Assembly (NCBI GenBank): GCA_034520965.1
Contig: JAXHMY010000001.1
Location: 64,001 to 128,000 of the forward strand
Reading direction: 5' to 3'
DNA: 64,000 bases
DNA from: Spirochaetia bacterium
GTDB taxonomy: Bacteria; Spirochaetota; Spirochaetia; DSM-16054; Sediminispirochaetaceae
The notes below the pieces were generated by a model. That model was not told where the DNA came from, ran no database searches, and saw only the letters and a program-made list of their open reading frames with translations. This document shows, in pieces, positions 29,601 through 39,547 of the stretch. Numbering within the stretch: the first letter of the stretch is position 1; each line of letters opens with the position of its first letter. The translations under genes and the position numbers were made by a program.

Positions 29601-30803
29601 GCGGAACTACTTAGAAGCCTTGCTATCTCTGAGATCACAGTTGCTAATGAAGAAACGGTATCGGTTGAGATATCAGACCCAGAGGGATATTCGATAAGCG
29701 GCTCTCCGCAGACAGCGGTGGTGTATAAAGCTTCAATACCTGTCATATTTAATTGGGCAGGCCAAAGGAACGGATCATCTGGTACAGAAACAACAACAGC
29801 GTTACAGCTAAGTTTTAGTAGTGACCCAACCACGTTAACGGCAGATAACATTACGCTAACAGGAGCGTCCAAGGGTACACTGACGGGAAGCGGACTTTAT
29901 AGATATCTTACTATTTCTAACATTACAGTCGCTAATGGAGAGACGATATCGGTTGCGATATCAGATCCAGAGGGATACTCGATAAGCGGTTCACCACAGT
30001 CAGTGGAGGTCTACAAAGATACAAGAACCACTGTTACTTTTGAGGGTGCATATAAAAATAACGGTTCTTCTGGAACAGAACCAACAACAGAGTTATATCT
30101 AAGTTTTAGTAGTGACCCAACCACGTTAACGGCAGATAACATTACGGTAACCGGAGCGACCAAGGGTACACTGACGGGAAGCGGATATTCTAGATATCTT
30201 ACAATTTCGGACCTTACAGTTGCTAATGGAGAAACGGTATCAGTTGCCATAACAGACCCATCGGGATACTTGATAAGCGGCTCTCCGCAGACAGCGATGG
30301 TGTATAATGTAGTAATTGGCACGGAATACCAAGGTGGTAAAATTGCTTATGTTTTTCAACCGGGCGATCCGGGCTATGTAGCAGGTGAAACCCATGGAAT
30401 TATTGCATCATCATACGATATGACTGCTTCAGGAATCTATTACGATGGAATAGAGTGGTCCGAAAACCATATATCCACGGGAGCAACAGGGATTGCACTG
30501 GGTACAGGACAGTCAAATACAACAAAAATAGTAAACACCTCGGGAATAGGAAGCTATTCAGCGGCGAAACTTTGCGCTGATTATACAAATGATGGTTATT
30601 CTGACTGGTATTTGCCTTCATTAGATGAGCTTCAAAAACTTAATGCTAATGCGGATGAAATAGGTAACTTTACCTCTGAACGTTATTGGTCGTCGACAGA
30701 GTACGAAGATGTTCAGGCGTATCAAGTATCATTCAACTTTGGCGCTGATACTCCGTATCATAAGTCCTATCGTTTCCAGGTTCGAGCTGTGCGAAATTTT
30801 TAA
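26609..30803 (+). CDS. Large surface lipoprotein: Ig-like domain, InlB B-repeats, nine 96-97-aa repeats, C-terminal DUF1566/Lcl C-type-lectin-like domain (one +1 frameshift near 29611)
   Basis: Lipobox ALSC-SNP; GYTFAGWN..TLYAQW repeats; repeat spacing 291/288 nt except one of 289; DWYLPSLDEL, YWSSTE, VRAVRNF. Confidence 0.85.
27713..30310 (+). repeat. Nine tandem intragenic repeats of 288-291 bp
   Basis: Unit starts at 27713, 28004, 28295, 28586, 28877, 29165, 29453, 29742 and 30033. Confidence 0.9.
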
Positions 30804-30823
30804 CAACTAATTATTTTAACTAT

Positions 30824-30849
30824 TGGGGGCTGTAAGGAAGATGGCCCCC
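30824..30849 (+). terminator. GC-rich hairpin downstream of lipoprotein gene
   Basis: GGGGGCTGT-AAGGAAG-ATGGCCCCC. Confidence 0.55.
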
Positions 30850-30967
30850 TTAGTTAAAAAAATTGAAATAGTATTATTTTATCCCACATTCCTCACCACT
30901 AAATCTAAAAAATATGTTTCTTCAGAGGGTGTGGAGGTAATAATTAATCTTTAGCTGGTCGTTAATC

Positions 30968-31245
30968 TCGCGAAAGCCTACCAGGCCAAGCAAGTGAGAA
31001 AACTCATCCTGAAGTATAAATTGGAGATATAGAATGTACAAATACGAAATTATCCTCTACTGGAGTGAGGACGACAATTCATACATAGCGGAAGTCCCCA
31101 AATGCCTGGTTGTATGTCTGACGGCCAATCGTATAGGGAGGTGTTGAGTAACGCAGAAGTCATTATAGAAATGTGAATAGAGACTGCAAAATCTCTTGAT
31201 AGACCTATACCGGAACCGAAGAAAGATAAGTTGGAATACGCATAA
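30968..31245 (+). pseudogene. Decayed HicAB toxin-antitoxin pair
   Basis: AKAYQAKQVRKLILKYKL (HicA C-terminus), then MYKYEIILYWSEDDNSYIAEVP...RPIPEP (HicB) with frameshift and internal TGA. Confidence 0.75.
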
Positions 31246-31367
31246 AAGGTTTTGTAGTTAGCATAGCCTTTCGAAAATTCCCTAAATGGTAGGTTTCGTT
31301 TCCCGATGACTCGAATTTGAAGGAGATTTAGTAACAGCCCACTACTGCTTCATAAAAATAGCGGGAG

Positions 31368-31565
31368 ATGATGACCACCTACGGCTCATCGATACCTGTG
31401 TGGCTCGAGGCATTAAGCGGCAATGCCAACGACAAGGTCACCTTTCGCAAGAGCATCGGTAAGTACCGCCGGCAGTCCAAGTCAAAGGAACTTCCCTACT
31501 TCGTGGCCGACAGCGCCCTCTACACGAAAGAGAGCCTGAAAGAGCTCGAAGGAGTGAAGTGGGTC
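31368..31565 (+). mobile_element. IS1634-family transposase fragment
   Basis: IPVWLEALSGNANDKVTF...YFVADSALYT...KW. Confidence 0.7.
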
Positions 31566-31599
31566 ATCCTCCTCATATAAATTTGACAGTATCCCTTAC

Positions 31600-32792
31600 T
31601 TACTTCGTGCCTACATTTTTTATTATCCAATCAGAAGGTCTATTACCATCCTGTATTCCTTCAGCTAATTCGGGTTTTGTGGTGCTCATAGTACCAAGAT
31701 TTATGGCATCACTAAGCTCATTATTAGTCCATAACCCTTTATTTACCGCATTCGTGAGTACACCAAGAGGATTAGCATTTCTCCGATGACAGCCAATAAT
31801 TACTAGTATTATCATCTGTCGTAAAGGGTACAACTTCAATTACAGTACCATCATCCAATTTAATGAAAAGTAACCCATAGGAGTCACCCTCCCAATCAAA
31901 AGTGGTAGTTGATTTACAATCCCAAATATTATCATTTCCAAAACTATCTTGAGCTTTGGTAGTTGTATCCATTGTTCCTACTGTATTGTTAGAATGAACT
32001 CTGATTACATCATTATTTTGTAAAGAGAACTCTGAAAAATCTGAAGCTGTTATTATTTCATTTATATACTTATAAGTCCCACACTTCAATCTCCAATCAC
32101 CTGTTACTTGTGTAACATCATTTATTACAATATCAACCCAAGAATGCCCTCCCTGTAATTCAGCATTTATACCGTTGGAATCATTAATAAAAGATCTTAT
32201 ATTTGCCGCAGCAATGTATTTTGCGTAAAGAGTTATATCAGTTGTTACTGTATCGCTAAAAATCCGACGCTGTGGTCAAGCTGACTTCTTTGAACCAACC
32301 TGTAAACCTGAAACCTTCTTTACTAGGTTCAGATGGCGCAGTAATTGTACTTCCTTCCGTCACCCCGGTAATATCTGCAACCGAAGTGCCCCCGTTCGAG
32401 TTAAAAGAAACTGTGTATTCTGTAGGCAAACTCCATTTCGCATACAGCGTTAGATCTGTCGTCACCGTGTCATTGCTGAAGTCCCATGCAGTAGTCAAAC
32501 CACTGTCTTTATACCAGCCATCAAACACATACCCTGATTTCATCGGCTCAGACGGCGCAGTAATTGTACTGCTTTCCGTCACCCCGGTAATATCTGCAAC
32601 AGAAGAACCCCCATTTGACTCGAAATTAACCGTATATTTCGAAGTAGTCTCAGTTTCAGTAGTGGTTTCCTCGGCAAGCTCTGCAATATTGTTCGGATTC
32701 GAGCATCCAAAAAATATAAGCGCTGCAAGACCAACTATACTTATGAGCACATAAAATTGACTTGATATTTTCATCATCCTATTCTCCCCCAA
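31600..32792 (-). CDS. InlB B-repeat surface lipoprotein (two apparent frameshifts)
   Basis: Lipobox FFGC-SNP; two YTVxFxSNGG...GW repeats; continues through ORFs 31772..32089 and 31600..31839. Confidence 0.7.
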
Positions 32793-32796
32793 TTAT

Positions 32797-34398
32797 TCAA
32801 TAAGTCCACGAAGCAAACGCCCCAATATGAAAGTTGCTCAGAACCTTTTCTGCAAATGTCATTCTATATTCGGCAGTTATGCCTGCCCGTAAGCCCTCGA
32901 AAAGGGGCATTGCCTTGTCTACTACTACCCCCGGCGCGATGTGCATGGAAAAATCAGAATAGTCGGAATTTCCGTCACGCTCAATGCTGAGGCTCAGACC
33001 CCCTACAGTCAGCCGGGGAATTACCCTCACATCCCCTATAAAAGGGGTGTCCGGGAAAAAGTCGCCCAGAACGAAACGATAGCCCCCGAACAGCGCAGGC
33101 CCCCATGCATTGAGCTTCAAATCAGGCGATGAAGTACTAAGACCCTCGTAGCGTAACAGCAGGCCCAGCATGACATTACTAAGAGGCGAGCCAAGGTCGA
33201 ATAGCTCCTCGAAACTGCTCATAACACCGAGCGATGCGCCGTAGCCGACGGCACCGCTGTACAGCGACAGGCCCGGTTCAATCAAAAACTCGAGCTGCGG
33301 CAGTCGTCTCTGCGCTTTGGCGGGTTGCTCCTCCTCGGGCTCTTTTTCCTCAGGCTTAGGTTTCTTCTTCTCACCCTCATCGGTCTCAGTAGCCTGTGCG
33401 GTTTTCTCTGTATCCTCTTGCGCCATAGCAACAGAAAGTTGCTCCAGGAGACTCACCACCTTTGGCATAGGCTCGAGGTTCGCCTCCGCAACTGCATCGG
33501 GGCCGATCATTCTCGTGCGGATATCTGCAACATTATCCCCCTGAACGACAATTTCCACTGCGCCAATGTGGCCGCTTCCTCCTGTTCCGGTAAACACGGT
33601 GCCGCCGAGGCGGGATGGCTTCTCATGGAACTGTGCGGCAGAACCCTCTATTACCACATCGATCTGCCCGGAAAGCGTGGTGGCGATTCTCTCCAGTTCT
33701 TTATCGCTGAAATAACCGCTCTCATACAGATCAACGAGGGGTATGTCGGTCACTGCAATTATTAGCTCTGCACCGCTTTGCTCGAGCTTTTTTACCTCAC
33801 GCGCAGCCGTGTGCAGTACATTTTGTAGCTCCAGCCCTGCTTCATTCTTGGAGTTTTGTGAACTCCCGCTGAGTGTCTCTACGACCTCCGGGCTCACCAC
33901 TGCACACACGCCCACTTCGACACCGTTTATTTCAAAGACGGTAGAACTTTGGAATGGTTTTCTGTCGTTATCCATGATATTCGCGCAGATGAATGGGAAA
34001 TTAGTCTTCTCATTGAGCTCGACAAGCGGTTCGATACCATCGGCAAAGTCGTGCACTCCGGGCACGAAAGCATCATACCCTATCTCTTCGAGCAACTGCA
34101 CATAGAGCCCAGCATAATCGCTTCCCAGATCCACTCCTGGCGGGAGCGGCTCGAAGCTACCGGTACCCAGCACCAGCGGAGTACCTTCCCGGTCCACGTA
34201 GTCCACCACCGCAGAGATATCGGCAATACCGAAACCACCTTCGATTTCATCAAGAATCTGCCGTTGCAGGTCGGAGGTGTGTATAACAGCAATAGACTTA
34301 TCGTTCGGCTGCTCTTCTGTTGCTTTAGTTTGCGCATACAGAACGGGCGCGAAGAATACGCTCAAGAATACAACTATGACCAATGATTTTTTTAACAT
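32797..34398 (-). CDS. Degenerate 5'-nucleotidase-type domain + acidic linker + predicted beta-barrel (paralog B)
   Basis: HTSDLQ, PGVHDF, FPFICANI, EPMPKVVSL, PQLEF, C-terminal FASWTY; clearly paralogous to 24816..26573. Confidence 0.75.
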   Translation of the reverse strand: MLKKSLVIVVFLSVFFAPVLYAQTKATEEQPNDKSIAVIHTSDLQRQILDEIEGGFGIADISAVVDYVDREGTPLVLGTGSFEPLPPGVDLGSDYAGLYVQLLEEIGYDAFVPGVHDFADGIEPLVELNEKTNFPFICANIMDNDRKPFQSSTVFEINGVEVGVCAVVSPEVVETLSGSSQNSKNEAGLELQNVLHTAAREVKKLEQSGAELIIAVTDIPLVDLYESGYFSDKELERIATTLSGQIDVVIEGSAAQFHEKPSRLGGTVFTGTGGSGHIGAVEIVVQGDNVADIRTRMIGPDAVAEANLEPMPKVVSLLEQLSVAMAQEDTEKTAQATETDEGEKKKPKPEEKEPEEEQPAKAQRRLPQLEFLIEPGLSLYSGAVGYGASLGVMSSFEELFDLGSPLSNVMLGLLLRYEGLSTSSPDLKLNAWGPALFGGYRFVLGDFFPDTPFIGDVRVIPRLTVGGLSLSIERDGNSDYSDFSMHIAPGVVVDKAMPLFEGLRAGITAEYRMTFAEKVLSNFHIGAFASWTY

Positions 34399-34472
34399 AC
34401 ATCCTCGGGGTTTGCGATAAAATTTAGAAATCAAACTAATATCCATTAACTTTATTAACTTTAACAAATACA

Positions 34473-34516
34473 TTTTCCCAAAAGCAATAGGAAGAATTCA
34501 CTTTTTTTTTGGGAAT
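34473..34516 (-). promoter_or_regulatory. 44-bp conserved upstream element (copy B)
   Basis: Reverse complement reads ATTCCCAAAAAAAAAGTGAATTCTTCCTATTGCTTTTGGGAAAA. Confidence 0.8.
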
Positions 34517-34552
34517 GTTTCCGGCAAAAAACGCAAAACCATCAAAGCATTT

Positions 34553-35161
34553 TTAACTGAAAGCCTCGTCGTCGCTCTTTTTCCTCCAACACCATCTATA
34601 CAGGAGAAACGCGATCAGGACGGCGATACCCTTGTCTATCAGGTTGACGGGAATGCGCGCCCAGAAGGCGGCGGAGAAGAGGCCGCGGCCGATGGAGATG
34701 AAACCGGTCATCATGTAGTCCACCGGATGGTCGGTTATTCCCGAGAAGAAGAACACCGCCACCGCCGAACCGACTAGGGCGTTGACCAGTGAGACAACCA
34801 CCGTCACCAGAAGCACATAAAGGACCCTAAGAAATCTCCCCGTGCGGATGAAAAGCCAGAGCGTAATGGCCGAGGCAAAATTGCAGAACACCCAGAACAT
34901 GTAATCGTCGGCCATAAAAGGAAAAAGATCGGGGGTGAGGTGGGTAACCAAAGCAGTAATGAGGCCCGGGATCAAACCGAACAGGGAAACGGAGACCAGA
35001 GTCCCGATGGTGTCGAGGAAGAGAGGTAGGTGGAAGACGTGGGCGTTCGCGTATCCGAGAAAAGCGTTGAAAACCCCGAGCAGGACGGCAGCGAGTACAA
35101 TTACCACGTAGTAGAGAGGAGATTCGATCCTCCTGCGGCAAAAACCGAACAAGTACCTCAT
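34553..35161 (-). CDS. ECF S-component-like integral membrane protein
   Basis: LPLFLDTIGT...FGLIPG and NLIDKGI motifs; about six TMs. Confidence 0.7.
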   Translation of the reverse strand: MRYLFGFCRRRIESPLYYVVIVLAAVLLGVFNAFLGYANAHVFHLPLFLDTIGTLVSVSLFGLIPGLITALVTHLTPDLFPFMADDYMFWVFCNFASAITLWLFIRTGRFLRVLYVLLVTVVVSLVNALVGSAVAVFFFSGITDHPVDYMMTGFISIGRGLFSAAFWARIPVNLIDKGIAVLIAFLLYRWCWRKKSDDEAFS

Positions 35162-35198
35162 TCACTCCTCTTATAACAGCATTTCTTATCTTTTGCGC

Positions 35199-35900
35199 TT
35201 ATATAATGCCCATTTCTTCTGCAAAAGCCTTGAGCTCAAACACACTCTCAAGCTCTAAGCTTTGCAAAATCGCCTTTCGATAGTTGAGCACTGTTTTCCT
35301 GCTTATGTAGAGCTCCCGCGATATTTGCGGAACATCTTTCCCCACCGCAAATAAAAGAAAAACTTCTTTCTCCCTTTCCGACAGGCAGTTGTAAGCGTCG
35401 TTTTGCACGAGCCCCCGGGCGTTCGGTACCGAACGCACCCACTCAACCAGGGCATCCGTTGCCAATGGCCCAAAATAGTGATGCCCACGGCAGACAGTCC
35501 GCGCGGCCTGCCGAATTATCTCAGCCGAGGAGTCTTTTGCCACGTAGCCCATAGCCCCCAGGCTCACCGCCTTTACAATATAATTCGGCTTCAGAAACAT
35601 GCTCACAAAGAGCACCGCCGGCCGCTCTCTATTCAATTCATTTTCCTCCCGCGTGGTAGGCACACAAGCAAATACATCGAAACCGCTGCTTTCTGGGAGA
35701 TTTACGTCCATCAGGATCAACTGGGGCAGCTGTTTTTCCACAAGTTTACGGAGCTCGGCTACCGTTTCAGCTTCACCTGCGCAATAAAACTCTTCCGCCG
35801 CTTCCAAAACGGTGCGAAGCCCTGTACGCATCGAGGGGTGATCATCGACAACAATAAAAGGAATCTTCTTTTCGTCACTCACTTTTTCTCTCCAGTACAA
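35199..35900 (-). CDS. NarL/FixJ-family response regulator
   Basis: VVDDHP, MDVNLP, LSEREKEV...ISRKTV LuxR HTH. Confidence 0.9.
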   Translation of the reverse strand: MYWREKVSDEKKIPFIVVDDHPSMRTGLRTVLEAAEEFYCAGEAETVAELRKLVEKQLPQLILMDVNLPESSGFDVFACVPTTREENELNRERPAVLFVSMFLKPNYIVKAVSLGAMGYVAKDSSAEIIRQAARTVCRGHHYFGPLATDALVEWVRSVPNARGLVQNDAYNCLSEREKEVFLLFAVGKDVPQISRELYISRKTVLNYRKAILQSLELESVFELKAFAEEMGII

Positions 35901-37128
35901 CAGTAATTCGGGTGCCTTTACCAGATCCGCTTTCTATGTGAAGGCTCGCCCCAATACTCCGCGCTCTCTCTTCCATCCCCAACAAGCCGAGGTGTCTCCC
36001 ATCAAGTTCTTTCGATCGGTGGGGCTGAAACCCCACCCCGTCATCCTCCACAATCAGCCTGAACTGTGGGCGAGCCCATAGCGCCTTTACCTTTACGTGT
36101 GAGGCCTCGGCATATTTCGCCGTATTGTAAAGAGCTTCTTGCAATATGGAAAGCAGCTGCTCCATCTCTCGAAGAGAAAGCGCCGCCCGCGCGACCCCTA
36201 TAACAGAAACGTGTAGTCGGGCTTCCATCATAGCCGCTAATTTGTTGCACAGCATAAGGACATTGTCCTCGAAACTAAGAGATGACGTATCCCACACCGG
36301 TAATCCATCAAGAATACTCCGCAGATTTCGGATCCCCTCGGCAAGGGTCCGTTCCACCTCTTCCAAATTGTTTTGATCACGGCCTTCGCGTAGAAGTTTT
36401 CTTCCCATTTCGAGGTCCTGCAGCACGTGGTCATGGATCACATAGCTTATCTCTTTACGCGCCTCTTCGTACTCGCTAAGCGTCCTCCTGTTGAGAATCC
36501 GCAGGCTCTCTTTTATGGCCGACTCTCTCCTGCGCCTCGTCTCTATATACAACAAGGCCGCCGATAAGAGGAGAATCACCATAATGATAAATATATTGCT
36601 CATCTGAAGAGTAAAGATCTGATGCTGTCCATGCTCATATAGGTAGCTCTCTATTTGGTGTAGATTTGCGACAAGAGTGAGCACCTCATTTGCACTCTCC
36701 TTTCGACTATTGGACCGGTATGTGAGGGGGAGCTCCTGTGTGTTACCGGTTTCAAGACCGTACTTCGCAAGCCTCGCGGTGGTCTGGTTGACCATGGCGC
36801 GAAACTCGGCGTCAGTCTTACACATCTGGGTAATTAGCGGATTGTTCTGGAAGTCATGCAGGAGCTCTACAATTCTTGTATTCTCAGATGAGCTGCCGGG
36901 AGCACTCAGCTGCCCGCCGTTCCCCTCCGAGGTCTCCCCAACCAGAGTCGAGTATTCGAGCAGGAGGATCTCCCTCTCGAGCTCGTGCAACTCCCACTGG
37001 TTATCGAATGCACGCTCTATCATACTGGGGGTAGAGAAGAGAAAGACCAATAACAACACTATAATAAATAATACGAGAAACAAAAGCAGTAGACTATCAT
37101 TTTTTTTCCCTTCACCCTTTTTTGACAT
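35875..37128 (-). CDS. Membrane sensor kinase, HisKA_3 (NarX-like)
   Basis: IHDHVLQ, QEALYNTAKY, EDDGVGF, LGLLGMEER. Confidence 0.9.
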   Translation of the reverse strand: MSKKGEGKKNDSLLLLFLVLFIIVLLLVFLFSTPSMIERAFDNQWELHELEREILLLEYSTLVGETSEGNGGQLSAPGSSSENTRIVELLHDFQNNPLITQMCKTDAEFRAMVNQTTARLAKYGLETGNTQELPLTYRSNSRKESANEVLTLVANLHQIESYLYEHGQHQIFTLQMSNIFIIMVILLLSAALLYIETRRRRESAIKESLRILNRRTLSEYEEARKEISYVIHDHVLQDLEMGRKLLREGRDQNNLEEVERTLAEGIRNLRSILDGLPVWDTSSLSFEDNVLMLCNKLAAMMEARLHVSVIGVARAALSLREMEQLLSILQEALYNTAKYAEASHVKVKALWARPQFRLIVEDDGVGFQPHRSKELDGRHLGLLGMEERARSIGASLHIESGSGKGTRITVVLERKSE

Positions 37129-37197
37129 ACAACATAATCATAATGAAACTTGTCATAGTCCGCAACGGCAAGATTGGCGGGGGTAATTACACAGCAG

Positions 37198-38400
37198 CTA
37201 AGCTTGAAGGGGAATAGATACGCGAAAAAGGCTGCCCCGGTTTTCTTCACTTTCCACTTCGATTGTACCGCGATGGCCCTCTACAATCCGCTTGGTGATG
37301 GCCAGTCCGAGACCGGTACTCTTTTCGCCCGCAGTGGTTTCTACACTGCTTCGAAAGAAAGGTTCAAAGATTCCGGACAGCTCTGCCGCGGGAATTCCCT
37401 GGCCCTCATCCGCAACCTCCATGTATACGCGCAAGCCCCGAATGTAGACCCTCAGGGTGACAGTAGTATCCTGCTGAGAGTACTTCACCGCATTAGACAG
37501 AAGATTGTCTATCACCTGAGTAATTTTCAACCTGTCTATCTTCAGTAGTAAGGATTCAATTTCAATGTCTGTCTGAATATCTATTCGCTTTTTCTTGGCA
37601 TATGGCACATTCATGGCAAGGCTGCGGTTCACAATTTCGAGCAGATCAACCTCCTCCAAATTCAGCTGGAGGGTACTGGACTGATATTTGGACAAGTCGA
37701 GTACATCGGAAACGAGTTCCAACATATGTTCTGATGAATCCTTAATTATCTGTATGAACTCCTGCTGTTCTTTGTTCAGCTCACCAAAATCGCCGCCAAG
37801 CAGCAAAGATGAAAAACTAAAAATCCCCGAGAGCGGGTTGCGCAGGTCGTGGGTGGCCATACCTAAGTACCGATTACGCTCCTCAAGGGTTTCCTTAAGC
37901 CTATGATTTTTCTTGTGCAGGTCCCGCTGCAGATTGGCCAGCTCATTGTTCAAACGCGTAAAATCTTCGAAGAGTTCGGTCTGCGTGACCTTTGGCTCGG
38001 CTGGTTGATCTGCCTGTTCTTTCATTGCACTGCGGATGAGGTTGGTTTGCTCGTTGTTCACCCGCACTACCTCTTCGAAGTAGCTCGCGGCAACTTTCTG
38101 AGACGTGGAAGCCACAATCACAATCTCGTCCTTGTGCATTCCCCCCACAAAAAAGAGCTCTATAACTTCGTTCTTCCCGCGAACGTTGATGCTCCAGTCG
38201 TAGAGTGCCTTCTCTTCGCGGAGCCGGTACATAAACGTAAAAAACTTCTGCAGGCTGCTCTCATCAACAATTGCACTAAGTGAATTATTTACTGGTATTT
38301 CAAGCGCCCCGGTAAGATCGTTGCGCAACACTTGACGTATACGGCCGTGAGGGTCACAGGCGACCGCAAATCCGTTAAAAGCTGACTCTCTACTCTTCAC
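37198..38400 (-). CDS. Cytoplasmic sensor histidine kinase
   Basis: THDLRNPL, NLLSNAVKY, DEGQGI, TGLGL. Confidence 0.9.
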   Translation of the reverse strand: MKSRESAFNGFAVACDPHGRIRQVLRNDLTGALEIPVNNSLSAIVDESSLQKFFTFMYRLREEKALYDWSINVRGKNEVIELFFVGGMHKDEIVIVASTSQKVAASYFEEVVRVNNEQTNLIRSAMKEQADQPAEPKVTQTELFEDFTRLNNELANLQRDLHKKNHRLKETLEERNRYLGMATHDLRNPLSGIFSFSSLLLGGDFGELNKEQQEFIQIIKDSSEHMLELVSDVLDLSKYQSSTLQLNLEEVDLLEIVNRSLAMNVPYAKKKRIDIQTDIEIESLLLKIDRLKITQVIDNLLSNAVKYSQQDTTVTLRVYIRGLRVYMEVADEGQGIPAAELSGIFEPFFRSSVETTAGEKSTGLGLAITKRIVEGHRGTIEVESEENRGSLFRVSIPLQA

Positions 38401-38408
38401 CTCTACTG

Positions 38409-39494
38409 TTACCTACGTTTCCCTTCGTTGACGAGGATCCGGGCTGTTTCGATGGCCCCCTGGGCGCTCCGCGCGCTTCCGTCCGCCCCAACCTTCTTCC
38501 ACAGTTCATGATCGAGGTTGAAGGGATACCCACCAACCAGAACCTTTGTCTCTGAGAGTTCAGGACGAGATTTCACCGCTGCAATAATCCTTTTCGCTTC
38601 GTTGATGTGATAAGTAATGGTTACAGAGATGCCCACCACATGTGCTTTCTCTTGCATAGCTGTCTCTATGATAGATTCCAGTGGAGTGTTCGCTCCGAGA
38701 AAGTAGGTGTCCCACCCATCCAACTCGAAAAAGTCGGCTATCATGCGGATTCCGAGTTCGTGGAGCTCATCCCCAACACTCGTACCGACAAATACGAGCC
38801 CATTCTTCTTGTGATTAAAAATATACGGATAAAGCCTGCTCATTACCAGTTGCGTCACCGCTGTACAGTAATGCTCTTGGGCGACATTCACCTCGTTTTG
38901 CTGCCAAAGCCGTCCGATTTCCCATTGGGTCACCTGAAACACATGTTCGTAGATTTCGCGTACATCGGTGCCATTTTCCACCGCATCGAGGACAGTTTTC
39001 ATCGCCCTATCGCGCTCTCGTGCAAGCAAGGCATCGAGATAAGTTCGAGCCAGCTGACCCAACGGCGCTTCGGGAGAAATGTAGGAACGGTTCACATTTG
39101 CAAGGCTTTCGAAGGATTCAACACTTTTTTTTAAAAGTGTGTCAGCTCTTTCGAATTGATTTTTTCCGAAGGTTAATGTGAGTTCGGCGATTGCTTCGCG
39201 CATCGCAATTAGACTGTTGAGAAAGGATTCATTCGAAACCCCAATGGATGCAAACAGATCTTTCACCCACTTTATGTAGGAAAAAAAAAGCTCCTGAGAT
39301 TCCGCTCCCACCGCATCGGCCAGGTACAAGAGATGGTACTCCACATCCTGCCGGCACTTCTGTTTACCCGCTTCCCCCAAGATCTCAGTATAATGGGGAA
39401 ACCGTGTCCAGAGAATGTTGATAACTTTTTCGGCTATATCAGATTGATGTTCGAGTAAAACATCTCTCGCGAGAGTGGCACTGCTATTTTTCAC
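38409..39494 (-). CDS. Cobalamin-binding sensor protein with N-terminal globin/phycobiliprotein-like domain
   Basis: W-x9-EH (WQQNEVNVAQEH), ELHELG, SVT, VGG; N-terminal KCRQDVEYHL; start codon uncertain. Confidence 0.85.
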   Translation of the reverse strand: MKNSSATLARDVLLEHQSDIAEKVINILWTRFPHYTEILGEAGKQKCRQDVEYHLLYLADAVGAESQELFFSYIKWVKDLFASIGVSNESFLNSLIAMREAIAELTLTFGKNQFERADTLLKKSVESFESLANVNRSYISPEAPLGQLARTYLDALLARERDRAMKTVLDAVENGTDVREIYEHVFQVTQWEIGRLWQQNEVNVAQEHYCTAVTQLVMSRLYPYIFNHKKNGLVFVGTSVGDELHELGIRMIADFFELDGWDTYFLGANTPLESIIETAMQEKAHVVGISVTITYHINEAKRIIAAVKSRPELSETKVLVGGYPFNLDHELWKKVGADGSARSAQGAIETARILVNEGKRR

Positions 39495-39547
39495 ATTAAT
39501 AATATAAATAGGCGGTTCAATGTGTGTCAAGCAGATCATAAATGCCT

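Noticed and set aside
27703..30322. Minus-strand repeated ORFs (e.g. 28897..29169, 29185..29457)
   Set aside because: Antisense shadows of the lipoprotein repeats, with no RBS or independent coding signal
26609..31600. Complete diversity-generating retroelement
   Set aside because: No reverse transcriptase, accessory gene or template repeat found in the window; kept only as a candidate target
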